Of a stretch of DNA of 64,000 bases, positions 49,101 to 57,366 are shown one piece after another. The notes under the pieces were generated by a model. The model was given only the letters and a program-made list of their open reading frames with translations. It did no database searches and had not been told where the DNA came from. The DNA is from Crocinitomicaceae bacterium (GTDB lineage: Bacteria > Bacteroidota > Bacteroidia > Flavobacteriales_D > Crocinitomicaceae). Within the stretch, counting starts at the first letter, position 1, and every line of letters begins with the position of its first letter. Made by a program: the position numbers and the translations under genes. The stretch spans positions 6,150 through 70,149 of the forward strand of contig JAOASF010000161.1 of assembly GCA_025210175.1 (NCBI GenBank). The letters are read 5' to 3'.

Positions 49101-51863
49101 GTTGTTTCATCTGGAAACCCATGTGATGCTGATACTGCCTACGGTCAGTTGATAGTTGAAGAAGTGCCTGGAATGAACTTGACATCGGCGCTAGGAACAG
49201 ACGGTCAAACAATTTGTCAAAACGAAGCACTTACGAACATAGTTTACACTCTTACAGGTGGTGCTACAAACGTTAGTGCTAGTGGACTTCCAGCAGGAGT
49301 TGCAGGAAACTTGGCGGCAGGGGTATATACAATTTCTGGTTCACCCACCACCAATGGAATTTTCCCATACACCCTCACTGCGACAGGAACGGTTTGTCCT
49401 AGCACAAATGTCGTTGGAACGATTACTATTCAAACGCCGGCTACAATTGCGAGTACAACTCCACTGCTTGACACGCAGGTGGTGTGTATCAACAACGCCA
49501 TTTCAGACATCCTTTTCACTTATGGTGGTAGTGCAATCAGTGCAACAGCATCTGGTTTACCTGCGGGTGTAACATCCAACTTGGTAGGGTCTCAACTTAC
49601 TTTATCAGGAACACCAACTTCGGCGGGAGTTTTTGATTATTTCGTCTTTACCACGGGTTCTGTTTGTCCATCCGATACGGCCTTTGGTCAGTTAACCGTA
49701 ACCGATATACCCGTAATTAACCTTACATCTGTTGCCGGAACGGATGCGCAAACTATTTGTGATAATAACCCATTGACCAATATAGTTTATACCTTGTCAG
49801 GAGGAGCAACAAGCGCAGTAACTTCAGGGTTGCCAACTGGTGTTGCAGGCAATTTATCAGGAACGATTTACACTTTATCAGGTACACCCAATGGAACAGG
49901 TGTTTATCCATACACCATTACCGCTTCTGGTGGTGCATGTCCGGACGTAGTGACAACTGGGACCATTACTGTGGATGATGCGCCAGGCTTGAACTTAATT
50001 TCAGCACTTGGAACAGACGCGCAAAGCTTGTGTATTAACACAGGAATAACCACCGTTACCTATCAATTAATTGGAGGAGCTACCGGCGTAACCGAATCGG
50101 GATTGCCTCCAGGTGTAACAGGGTCAATTGTTGCCGGAAACTATGTGCTTACAGGTATCCCAACTGTAGCTGGCACCTATAACTATACCTTGACACCTAC
50201 AGGCGGAGCTTGTCCACCGGTTCCTGTAACCGGGACTATTACCGTTCAAGAAATAATTCTCAACCTGGTTTCGCCAGTGTACACCAACGACCAAGTAGTG
50301 TGTATCGGCGATCAGATTGATACCATTCAATACGAAATTCTAGGTGTGCCGACTGTGGTAGATTTACCAGCAGGGGTAACATGGACTGTTATCCCAGGCA
50401 TTCCAAGCATCCTTCAAATTACTGGTTCGCCAACCGTTTCAGGTGCCTTTTTCTATACGATTAATTTAACTGGGCCATGTGGGTTTAGCAGCTTAATTGG
50501 TAGCATCAAGGTGGTTCCAGCAATTGTAGGAAACACCAGTGGGGTAGATCAAACCATTTGTGAAGGAAGTAACTTTACCTTAGTAGGAGGAACACTGCCT
50601 GTATCTCCTGTTCCGTACAATTTCTTGTGGCAATCGGGCCCTAGTGCTACAGGACCATTTACCCCTGCTCTTGGATCCAATTCGTCGACAGATTATACGG
50701 GTACGTTGAACTTGGGTAACCCAAATAGATTCTTTAGAAGAGTAGTTTTTGTAGGAGGTTGTTCTGACACGGCACTTGTTTCTGAAATTTTTCTGGACAC
50801 TTTGCCAAATGTGGTGAATGTCGCGAACAAAGTTTTGTGTTCCAATGATACCTTGGTGTTGAACGATTTAATCGTGAGCAATGGGACCATAGGAGGGTGG
50901 ACCACAACAGGGTTGGGTCAACTCTTAAATGCCGGCACTTCGGTTCCTACTTATATTCCTGGAAATATTGATGCGGGGTCCAATGTAAGTTTGAATTACA
51001 CAGTGGTTTCAAACAATAGTTGTGCTCCAGCCTCCATTACTGGATCAGTTCAAATCCAAGTATTGGCTGACCCAATTGCTCAGGCGGGTGGCTCAGCAAC
51101 CGTTTGTGCCTTCGGAGGGTTGGTTGATTTATCCGGTATTGCCCTCAATGGCACACCTACATGGGTTCACAATGGTTTCGGTAATTTGTTCAACCCCAAC
51201 TCCACCACGGCGGTTTATGAAACGGTTCCATCGGATACAGGAACGACTATCATTGCCCAGTTACTCGTTCAAAATGTAGGCTGTTTGGTGCCGGTGGTAG
51301 ACACGGCCATTTTCACCATAACAGTAGCTCCTGATGGCGTTGACGAGAGCATTAATGTGAACGCAGGACCCGACACCTTGATTCATCTTGGACATAACTA
51401 TCAGATAAACGCGACGGGTAACAATGTTGTGAAATGGATTTGGACTCCTACTTACGGATTGAGCGACTCTACAGTAAACAATCCGCTTTGTTCGGCAGAA
51501 GTGAACATGACCTACATCCTTACAGGAATCAACGAAAAAGGCTGTTACGACCGAGATACCTTGAACATTGAAGTATCAGACGAACCGATGGTTTTTGTTC
51601 CGAATCTTTTTTCTCCAAACGGAGATGGGATCAATGACTATTTCGAAATACCAGAAATAGGTAGCTACCCTAATACCAAAATGACCATAATCAACCGCGA
51701 AGGAGTCATTGTTTTCAGTTCCGATAACTACCAGAACGATTGGGACGGAACCTATCAAGGAAACAAACTTCCAGAGGCAACTTATTACTACTTGGTTGAG
51801 TTTGCAAACTTCGAAAAGGTTTACAAAGGAGCCATAACCATTTTAAGAAACGATAATAAGTAG
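46113..51863 (+). CDS. giant cell-surface repeat adhesin with signal peptide, PKD-like domain, 15 Ig-like (He_PIG-type) repeats and a T9SS type B C-terminal domain
   Basis: 1916 aa. Signal peptide MKKVILLSVILINYSLLFAQ. Repeat consensus LTSAAGTDNQT.C....I..I.Y..GGAT...V.GLPAGVSGN...G..TISGTPT.AG.Y.YTV.T.GG.CP. C-terminus VFVPNLFSPNGDGINDYFEI...WDGTYQGNKLPEATYYYLVEF is a gliding motility-associated CTD. Confidence 0.9.
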   Translation: MKKVILLSVILINYSLLFAQTPAADFSADQTTICAGGTVNFTDLSTNAITWAWSFSSAGTPSTSSAQNPSVTYNTPGTYQVVLVVTSATFESDVEVKNAYITVLANASITLTSAVGTDAQTICANSPLTDIEFEIQAASGVSVTGSYPTGVSGTFVPSATGGTYTVSGTPTAAGSYPITIQTTGGGCAPQVYNFTIEVTNPHSLALTSAAGTDNQMVCNGSAMTPIQYTYGGGATSVLVTGLPTGVSFVDAAGVVTISGTPTSQGIHNYTVTTVGGACPPIQLNGVIEVNPTIVLSSAAGTDLQTVCEGDPIAAIVYTVGGGATGANATNLPAGVTQSFLGTDLTLSGTPTTAGVYNITVSTTGGPCPALSLPATITVEADHTILLSSAAGTDNQVVCETNALTDITFAIGGGATGAGATGLPAGVSGNFAAGTFTITGSPTTAGTYNFTVTTTGNGCDVATYNGTITVTTAPDATLTSAAGTDNQTICIGTPITSIEYTLVSPATGASVTGLPAGVSGNLVGGVFTISGTPTAAGLYPYVLTVSGGACPDQDINGVISVDDLNTLTLISAAGTDNQTICELDPIVDVVWTIGGGASGVTIDAPVPGGLSGNFAAGNLTVSGTPTGSGVINYSVSTTGGACPDATANASIIVSPQATLTLTSAAGTDNQTLCIDSALTAITYTMGGSADTITVTGLPTGVTSNYAAGTLTISGSTSLVGVHNFTVTAVSSICPNVVLNGTINISGPGTVTVDTPASDTQTVCINSAIVDIQYSFGGNATGLVVTGLPSGVTSNVVGSQMTISGTPSQGGTFNFIVTTLGSNCAPDTAYGQLVVQLNPVINLSSSILTAAQVVCEGESIDNIVFALSGGATTANVVSIPAGLVANQVGLTVTISGTPTTAGTYPYMITAPGGTCPDANFLLNLVVDENQILTLTSAPATDTQTVCINNAINDIVYQTSGGATSAVANGLPAGVSGVFAAGELTISGTPTAAGIFNYTVVSSGNPCDADTAYGQLIVEEVPGMNLTSALGTDGQTICQNEALTNIVYTLTGGATNVSASGLPAGVAGNLAAGVYTISGSPTTNGIFPYTLTATGTVCPSTNVVGTITIQTPATIASTTPLLDTQVVCINNAISDILFTYGGSAISATASGLPAGVTSNLVGSQLTLSGTPTSAGVFDYFVFTTGSVCPSDTAFGQLTVTDIPVINLTSVAGTDAQTICDNNPLTNIVYTLSGGATSAVTSGLPTGVAGNLSGTIYTLSGTPNGTGVYPYTITASGGACPDVVTTGTITVDDAPGLNLISALGTDAQSLCINTGITTVTYQLIGGATGVTESGLPPGVTGSIVAGNYVLTGIPTVAGTYNYTLTPTGGACPPVPVTGTITVQEIILNLVSPVYTNDQVVCIGDQIDTIQYEILGVPTVVDLPAGVTWTVIPGIPSILQITGSPTVSGAFFYTINLTGPCGFSSLIGSIKVVPAIVGNTSGVDQTICEGSNFTLVGGTLPVSPVPYNFLWQSGPSATGPFTPALGSNSSTDYTGTLNLGNPNRFFRRVVFVGGCSDTALVSEIFLDTLPNVVNVANKVLCSNDTLVLNDLIVSNGTIGGWTTTGLGQLLNAGTSVPTYIPGNIDAGSNVSLNYTVVSNNSCAPASITGSVQIQVLADPIAQAGGSATVCAFGGLVDLSGIALNGTPTWVHNGFGNLFNPNSTTAVYETVPSDTGTTIIAQLLVQNVGCLVPVVDTAIFTITVAPDGVDESINVNAGPDTLIHLGHNYQINATGNNVVKWIWTPTYGLSDSTVNNPLCSAEVNMTYILTGINEKGCYDRDTLNIEVSDEPMVFVPNLFSPNGDGINDYFEIPEIGSYPNTKMTIINREGVIVFSSDNYQNDWDGTYQGNKLPEATYYYLVEFANFEKVYKGAITILRNDNK
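46437..50520 (+). repeat. 15 tandem coding repeats of ~270 bp (~90 aa) inside the adhesin gene
   Basis: I counted them in the translated ORF by the recurring [LV].S[AS].GTD.Q..C start and the G..CP end of each unit. Confidence 0.85.
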
Positions 51864-51866
51864 GCC

Positions 51867-53534
51867 ATGAAGAATTTGATTTTGATCGTTGTAGTAGTTG
51901 GTTTGTGTGGAGTAAGTAACGCTCAGCAATTGCCTTTGGGTAGCCAATATTATACGAATATGTTTACAATGAACCCTGCTTATACGGGTTCAGGAGAATA
52001 CCCCAGAGCAATGATTTCTCATCGCAACCAGTTCAACGGTTTGGCTGGGGGACCACAAACGAGCATGTTGTCCGTGAATGGCCCCATCAAAACAGACAAC
52101 ATTGGATTGGGAGTAATTGCTTATACAGATGCAACAGACATCTTGGTTAAAAACAGCGCGATGATTAATTACAGCTACGCCATTCGTACAGGAACAAAAA
52201 GCCGTTTGCATTTTGGTTTAGCCCTTGGTGCCCAAAATTATCGCATTGATTTTGATAAAGCTTCCGTCGTGAATGTATCGGATCCGGTGTTGTTAGGGTC
52301 GAGACAAACTAAGACGGTGTTCAATGCAGACTTTGGGTTGATGTTTGAAACAGAAAAGCTTCAACTGGGTTTTGCAATACCTCAACTTTTTACCCACATG
52401 CCCACCTATACAAATGTGGATCAAACGAGTTTGACCTTTCAAACCAAGTCGCACTATCGCTTGATGGCTTCTTATGATTTGGCATTTGGTTCATCGCCCC
52501 TAACACTTAAGCCCATGACCATGATTCGTTTTGTAAGTGGCGCTCCAGCCCAGTTCGACATGAATCTAATTTTGGATTATCGAAAAATGGGTTGGTTCGG
52601 TATAACGTATCACAATGGTTATGCTATGGCATTTAGTGCAGGAGTGCGTTACAAGAGCTTTGGGTTTGGGTATGCACATGACTTTCCATTGGGCAACGTG
52701 GTGCGCTATGCGCGGAATAGTTCAGAGTTTCTTTTGTCTTATGATTTTGGTAAAAATCAAGTAGCCAATAATCAGGATGACCTCAGAAAAGAAATTGAGG
52801 CCCTGAAACAAAAAACGGAACAACAACAGTTCCTTCTGGATTCTTTGACCAATGAATTAAATCGCATCAATGAAGAAATCAAAATAGAAAAAGGAAGAAA
52901 TAACGTTCAACAAGACCAGATTGACAGTCTTGAAGTAAAGCAGCTGGAGCTTGAAAATAAAATCAAAGAGGTGAAAACCCTTCCATCTGCCGGTCTTTCT
53001 AGCGAAGCAAAGAACGGGCAAAAAGAAGCGGAACCTAGAAAAAATGAGGCTAAAAATGATTCCAAAAAAGGAGATGTTAAAGAGCCAGTAATTTTGGATC
53101 CAGTGGTTGAAGAGTTGGTGCAAACACAGAAACCGAAAGAGATGCCTAAATCCGATCCAAAAACAGAAAAAGGTTCGACGGAAAAACCAGCTGAAGTTCA
53201 GGCGGAGGCCCTACCGAAAGAGGTCGTTCATCAAGCGCCGAGAGATAGCCGTGTAAAAACCAAATCGGTCGAAGAATATGTAGATGCAGGTGGCGACCTT
53301 TCACAAGCAGGATTTTATGTAGTAACAGGTTCGTTTTCTAAAAATTACAACCGAGATAATTGGAAAAAGAAAATGCTTGCCGAAGGTCACAAAGGAGCTA
53401 CCTTCTTGAGAAACGATAAGCTCAACATGACCGAGGTTTATATCTTCTATTCCAAGGATAGGTTGTCAGCTATTCAAGCTATGGAAAAATACGCCAGCAC
53501 CGGCAAGCGAGCTTGGGTGCTGGAGTTAAAATAA
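51867..53534 (+). CDS. PorP/SprF-family T9SS outer-membrane protein with a long C-terminal extension (coiled coil, Lys/Glu/Pro-rich linker, SPOR-like domain)
   Basis: The N-terminus AQQLPLGSQYYTNMFTMNPAYTG...ISHRNQFNGL.GGPQT is the PorP/SprF signature. Residues from ~300 on are K/E/Q-rich heptads, followed by GFYVVTGSFSKNYNRDNWKKKM...VYIFYSKDRLSAIQAM, which resembles SPOR. The gene starts 4 bp after the adhesin stop. Confidence 0.85.
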   Translation: MKNLILIVVVVGLCGVSNAQQLPLGSQYYTNMFTMNPAYTGSGEYPRAMISHRNQFNGLAGGPQTSMLSVNGPIKTDNIGLGVIAYTDATDILVKNSAMINYSYAIRTGTKSRLHFGLALGAQNYRIDFDKASVVNVSDPVLLGSRQTKTVFNADFGLMFETEKLQLGFAIPQLFTHMPTYTNVDQTSLTFQTKSHYRLMASYDLAFGSSPLTLKPMTMIRFVSGAPAQFDMNLILDYRKMGWFGITYHNGYAMAFSAGVRYKSFGFGYAHDFPLGNVVRYARNSSEFLLSYDFGKNQVANNQDDLRKEIEALKQKTEQQQFLLDSLTNELNRINEEIKIEKGRNNVQQDQIDSLEVKQLELENKIKEVKTLPSAGLSSEAKNGQKEAEPRKNEAKNDSKKGDVKEPVILDPVVEELVQTQKPKEMPKSDPKTEKGSTEKPAEVQAEALPKEVVHQAPRDSRVKTKSVEEYVDAGGDLSQAGFYVVTGSFSKNYNRDNWKKKMLAEGHKGATFLRNDKLNMTEVYIFYSKDRLSAIQAMEKYASTGKRAWVLELK

Positions 53535-53548
53535 GATTTGATTGTCGA

Positions 53549-54028
53549 TTAAAAGGCTACTTTGATTCCCAATCCTGGGTCGAGGGATGAAAATACTCCT
53601 CCACCAGAATAGATTTCAAAGTAGGGTTTAAGGTCCAAACTAAACGCGATTGGTGCACTTGGAATTTTGTATTCTATACCAACGATTCCGTCTACACCTA
53701 CACCAAACCCTCCAGATCTGTAATATCCAGCTCTGCGAGAACGGTAGTAATAATAACCAGTACCAACCGCAAGGTGGCCACCCAGACCGTAGTACCAATT
53801 TAACCCTCCAACATTGGTGGGTGCAACCCACTCGTACAATCCAGTGAAACTAAAACCAGATCCCCAAACACCGATGATTCCTTCAAGGGCGTTGCTTCCA
53901 AGGCTTTTTTTGATGGTTAAACCCGATGTTTCTCCAGCTCTCAAACCAATTGCAGTGGAATAATTGAGCTGACCGAATGTGTTAAAGGATAGAAAGATAA
54001 ATGCCGATAAATAGATAAGCTTTTTCAT
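53549..54028 (-). CDS. small Gly/Tyr-rich outer-membrane beta-barrel protein
   Basis: Signal peptide MKKLIYLSAFIFLSFNTFGQ (start placed here rather than at 54136), alternating beta pattern and a C-terminal ...GLGIKVAF. Confidence 0.6.
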   Translation of the reverse strand: MKKLIYLSAFIFLSFNTFGQLNYSTAIGLRAGETSGLTIKKSLGSNALEGIIGVWGSGFSFTGLYEWVAPTNVGGLNWYYGLGGHLAVGTGYYYYRSRRAGYYRSGGFGVGVDGIVGIEYKIPSAPIAFSLDLKPYFEIYSGGGVFSSLDPGLGIKVAF

Positions 54029-54247
54029 GATCTTATGTTTTTGAGTTGTTGATGGAAGTAAAAACATTGTTCCAAACTTTTTATTTAGGTTAAAATCGTT
54101 GAAAATGAAGAGTTTAGCTTTTTTTCGTCTTGACAATTATTTTCATTTTGAAAATGAGGCTTTCAAAATGAAGTGAAACTCTTTGAAAAGACGTTGTAAA
54201 AAGGGCAAATTTAAAATGCTTCACTTGAAATAAATTGTATTTTCGTC

Positions 54248-54808
54248 GTGTTGGATGCAAAAACCAAAATATTAATAGATAATCTAGTCGAACGACTAAA
54301 GAATCGCGAAGAATCTGCCATGTCGGAATTGTATGACCGATATGCGGATACACTTTATGGTTTAGCGTCTAAGATTGTTAAGTCCGATGAAATAGCTCAG
54401 GATATTGTTCAAGATAGCTTCGTAAAAGTTTGGAAAAACGTAACAAGCTATGACCAAAGCAAAGGCAGCTTTTTCACCTGGATGTTGAACATTACCAGAA
54501 ACACAGCGATAGATTTTCTGAGAAAACAGAAAAAATATAAAGCTACTTCAATCCAAGATGTTGAGAACTCCGTACATATGGAGGGTGGTATTCAGGCAAA
54601 TATGGATGCGATTGGACTAAAGGAGATGGTCAATGATTTGAACAGCGATCAAAAAATTTTAGTGGAATACATTTATTTCAAAGGATATACTCAACAAGAA
54701 GTAGCGGATGAATTGGAGATTCCCCTTGGCACAGTAAAAACGAGAATTCGTTCAGCAGTTAAGGCACTCCAGAAGTGGTTTGTATTAATTTGGATATTTT
54801 GGATATAA
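54248..54808 (+). CDS. RNA polymerase ECF-type sigma-70 factor
   Basis: 186 aa. Region 2 (DIVQDSFVKVWKN...FFTWMLNITRNTAIDFLRK) and region 4 (YIYFKGYTQQEVADELEIPLGTVKTRIRSA). Confidence 0.9.
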   Translation: MLDAKTKILIDNLVERLKNREESAMSELYDRYADTLYGLASKIVKSDEIAQDIVQDSFVKVWKNVTSYDQSKGSFFTWMLNITRNTAIDFLRKQKKYKATSIQDVENSVHMEGGIQANMDAIGLKEMVNDLNSDQKILVEYIYFKGYTQQEVADELEIPLGTVKTRIRSAVKALQKWFVLIWIFWI

Positions 54809-55614
54809 AAGAATACATAGCGTCGGGTATACTGGAAGGGTATGCGATGGGCATTCTCAGCGAACAAGAAACGCGTGAGGTGGAATGTATGTCCAAGATT
54901 TATCCAGAGATCAAGGAAGAATTACTGTTGGCCCAGAGTCAAATGGAAGCAGTGAGTGAAACTTGGAAAAAGCCAGTGCCATCCGACTTAAAGGCAAAGG
55001 TGATGCAAGCCATTGCCAATGAACCTTTGGAGAGCACAACAAAAAGCGAAGCCAAAGTTATTTCAATCAACAAAGGGTCTCAATTGAGCACTTGGAGAGC
55101 AATTGCCGCTGTTACAACCATTCTTTTGGCTGTAATGGGTGGTTTTTATTTGTCTTCACGCTCCGAAATGAAGCAGCAAGAATCTGCTCTGGCTGAAGCC
55201 AAAGTAAAAACAAACGAGTTGCTAAACCAAGTGAACCAAATGGAAATCTCGCTTGCTCAATATAACGCAGAAGAGGCCTTTTTTGTTCACGACAAAACGC
55301 AAAGAATTGCGCTTACCGGTACAGCATTAAGTCCTGACTCTAAAATGAGAGTGTTTTGGAACGACCAGATGAAACGCATGGTAATGACTGGAACGGATCT
55401 TCCGCAAACAGCTCAAGAAATGCAGTATCAATTATGGGCAATAGTAGACGGAAAGCCTGTAGATTTGGGTGTTTTTGATTTATTAGCAGGCGACGAAATC
55501 CAAGGAAAGAATTTAGACGTAGATAAAGTGCAAGCGTTTGCCGTTACATTGGAGAAAAGAGGAGGAAGCCCAACACCAACTCTTGATCAAATGTATGTAT
55601 ACGGAGGCGTTTAA
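54775..55614 (+). CDS. anti-sigma factor, RskA (anti-sigma-K) family
   Basis: N-terminal anti-sigma helix region, one TM (AIAAVTTILLAVMGGFYL), and a C-terminal RskA-type domain YQLWAIVDGKPVDLGVF...FAVTLEKRGGSPTPT. It overlaps the sigma gene. The exact start is uncertain. Confidence 0.8.
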   Translation: MVCINLDILDIKEYIASGILEGYAMGILSEQETREVECMSKIYPEIKEELLLAQSQMEAVSETWKKPVPSDLKAKVMQAIANEPLESTTKSEAKVISINKGSQLSTWRAIAAVTTILLAVMGGFYLSSRSEMKQQESALAEAKVKTNELLNQVNQMEISLAQYNAEEAFFVHDKTQRIALTGTALSPDSKMRVFWNDQMKRMVMTGTDLPQTAQEMQYQLWAIVDGKPVDLGVFDLLAGDEIQGKNLDVDKVQAFAVTLEKRGGSPTPTLDQMYVYGGV

Positions 55615-55635
55615 GATAGTTTTCATAAAGAGGGA

Positions 55636-55662
55636 AAGCCGCATTTTGTGCGGCTTTTTTCT
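55636..55662 (+). terminator. intrinsic terminator
   Basis: Stem AAGCCGCA/TGCGGCTT followed by TTTTTT. Confidence 0.7.
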
Positions 55663-55745
55663 TTTACATCGGTTGGCCCGTGAATAATTTTTTTCCATTC
55701 GCCGAAAGGTCGCTTTCTTAAAAGTACTTGTGGGTGTATTTTTCG

Positions 55746-55753
55746 TAACTTTG
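55746..55753 (+). promoter_or_regulatory. Bacteroidota -7 promoter motif (TAACTTTG) for tatA
   Basis: Exact TAnnTTTG match 18 bp upstream of the tatA ATG. Confidence 0.5.
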
Positions 55754-55770
55754 CTCAAACATTTTAGAAA

Positions 55771-55944
55771 ATGATACTAGGTACATTCGGTCCATGGCAA
55801 GTTATTGCCATCTTAGTGGTTGCTCTTTTGCTATTCGGAGGTCGCAAAATTCCTGAATTAATGAAAGGTCTTGGTAAAGGCGTTAAAGAATTCAAAGACG
55901 CATCCAAATCTGAATCTGACGAAAAAGAAGAGGAAAAGGCATAA
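55771..55944 (+). CDS. tatA: twin-arginine translocase subunit TatA/E
   Basis: This 57-aa ORF is too short for the ORF track. My translation is [57 protein letters not shown], with the canonical TM, FGG.K.PEL hinge and amphipathic helix. Confidence 0.85.
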   Translation: MILGTFGPWQVIAILVVALLLFGGRKIPELMKGLGKGVKEFKDASKSESDEKEEEKA

Positions 55945-55947
55945 TCC

Positions 55948-57363
55948 ATGTATAAAACATTCGCGGAAGTAAAGGAAGCTCTTGCAAAGGGGCTTTCCGT
56001 TACAGACATTACCAAAGCTTATTTAACAAGAATTGATGAGAAGGCGCACCTGAATGCCTTCTTGGAAGTTTTTGAAGAGTCTGCATTAGCCCAAGCAGCC
56101 CTTGTGGATGAAAAAGTGAAGGCTGGAACGGCTGGAAAGTTGGCAGGTATGGTCATTGGTTTAAAGGATAACCTTTGCTACAAAGACCATCGTGTTTCGG
56201 CTTCCTCGAAGATTTTAGAAGGGTTTAAATCTCTTTATACGGCAACAGCTGTTCAACGTTTGCTGGACGAAGATGCCATCATTATTGGTCGATTGAACTG
56301 CGATGAGTTTGCCATGGGTTCTTCCAATGAAAACTCGGCATTTGGACCAGTTTTGAATGCAGTAGATGAAAAAAGAGTTCCAGGTGGTTCGTCAGGAGGG
56401 TCTGCAACAGCTGTTGCTGGTGGACTTTGTACGGCTACTCTAGGTTCCGATACAGGAGGCTCTATTCGTCAACCCGCCTCATTCACTGGAACCTATGGTT
56501 TGAAACCTACCTATGGTCGCATTAGTCGCTATGGTTTGATTGCTTATGCCTCTAGTTTCGATCAAATAGGTCCGTTTACTAATTCTTTGGAAGACAATGC
56601 ATTGCTCTATTCCATCATGGGCGGAAAGGACCCAATGGATAGTACGAGTACCTCTCGCGATTTGAATTTTTCGGTGGACTTCACAAAAGGTAAGAAATAC
56701 CGCGTAGGGGTGTTGCAAGAATGTTTGGATCATCCGGGTGTAAACCCTGAGGTGAAAGCCAAGATGCAAGCTACCATTGATCAATTGAAAGGCGAAGGTC
56801 ACGAAGTGGAAATGATGAGCTTTCCATTCTTAGAATATGTGGTTCCCACTTATTACGTTCTCACAACAGCAGAAGCTTCTTCGAACTTAAGCCGTTTCGA
56901 CGGTGTGCATTATGGCTATCGAAGCGCTGAAGCAGTGGGGGTAGAAGAAACCTACAAGAAGTCTCGTTCAGAAGGTTTTGGTCCTGAAGTTCAGCGACGA
57001 ATCATGGCAGGAACCTTTGTTCTTTCACATGGGTACTACGATGCTTATTACACGAAAGGACAGAAAGTAAGACGTGTGCTACAAGATTACACCAACGACC
57101 TTTTTGAGAAAGTCGACTTTTTGTTAACTCCGTCTACTCCTGATGTAGCCTTTGAGCTAAACGGTGTAACGGATCCAATACAAATGTATTTACAAGATAT
57201 CTTCACTGTGCATGCCAATTTGACTGGAAACCCAGCCATATCATTGCCTTTGGGAGAAACTTCAGATAAATTACCTTTTGGAATACAAGTCATGGCAAAG
57301 CATTTTGCCGAACAAGACCTATTTGATTTCTCTTCTTATTTGGTCGAAAAAAACGAAATGTAA
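55948..57363 (+). CDS. gatA: Asp-tRNA(Asn)/Glu-tRNA(Gln) amidotransferase subunit A
   Basis: 471 aa. Amidase signature GGSSGGSATAVA...GSDTGGSIRQPA. Confidence 0.9.
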   Translation: MYKTFAEVKEALAKGLSVTDITKAYLTRIDEKAHLNAFLEVFEESALAQAALVDEKVKAGTAGKLAGMVIGLKDNLCYKDHRVSASSKILEGFKSLYTATAVQRLLDEDAIIIGRLNCDEFAMGSSNENSAFGPVLNAVDEKRVPGGSSGGSATAVAGGLCTATLGSDTGGSIRQPASFTGTYGLKPTYGRISRYGLIAYASSFDQIGPFTNSLEDNALLYSIMGGKDPMDSTSTSRDLNFSVDFTKGKKYRVGVLQECLDHPGVNPEVKAKMQATIDQLKGEGHEVEMMSFPFLEYVVPTYYVLTTAEASSNLSRFDGVHYGYRSAEAVGVEETYKKSRSEGFGPEVQRRIMAGTFVLSHGYYDAYYTKGQKVRRVLQDYTNDLFEKVDFLLTPSTPDVAFELNGVTDPIQMYLQDIFTVHANLTGNPAISLPLGETSDKLPFGIQVMAKHFAEQDLFDFSSYLVEKNEM

Positions 57364-57366
57364 GCG

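Noticed and set aside
46437-50520. Regular tandem repetition that could superficially suggest a CRISPR or satellite array
   Set aside because: The units are ~270 bp, divergent, and in one continuous reading frame encoding Ig-like domains. There are no short direct repeats with unique spacers and no cas genes in the window.
55764-56015. 83-aa minus-strand ORF
   Set aside because: The plus strand here encodes a textbook 57-aa TatA (55771-55944) followed by the start of gatA. The minus-strand frame is Ser/Phe-rich noise.
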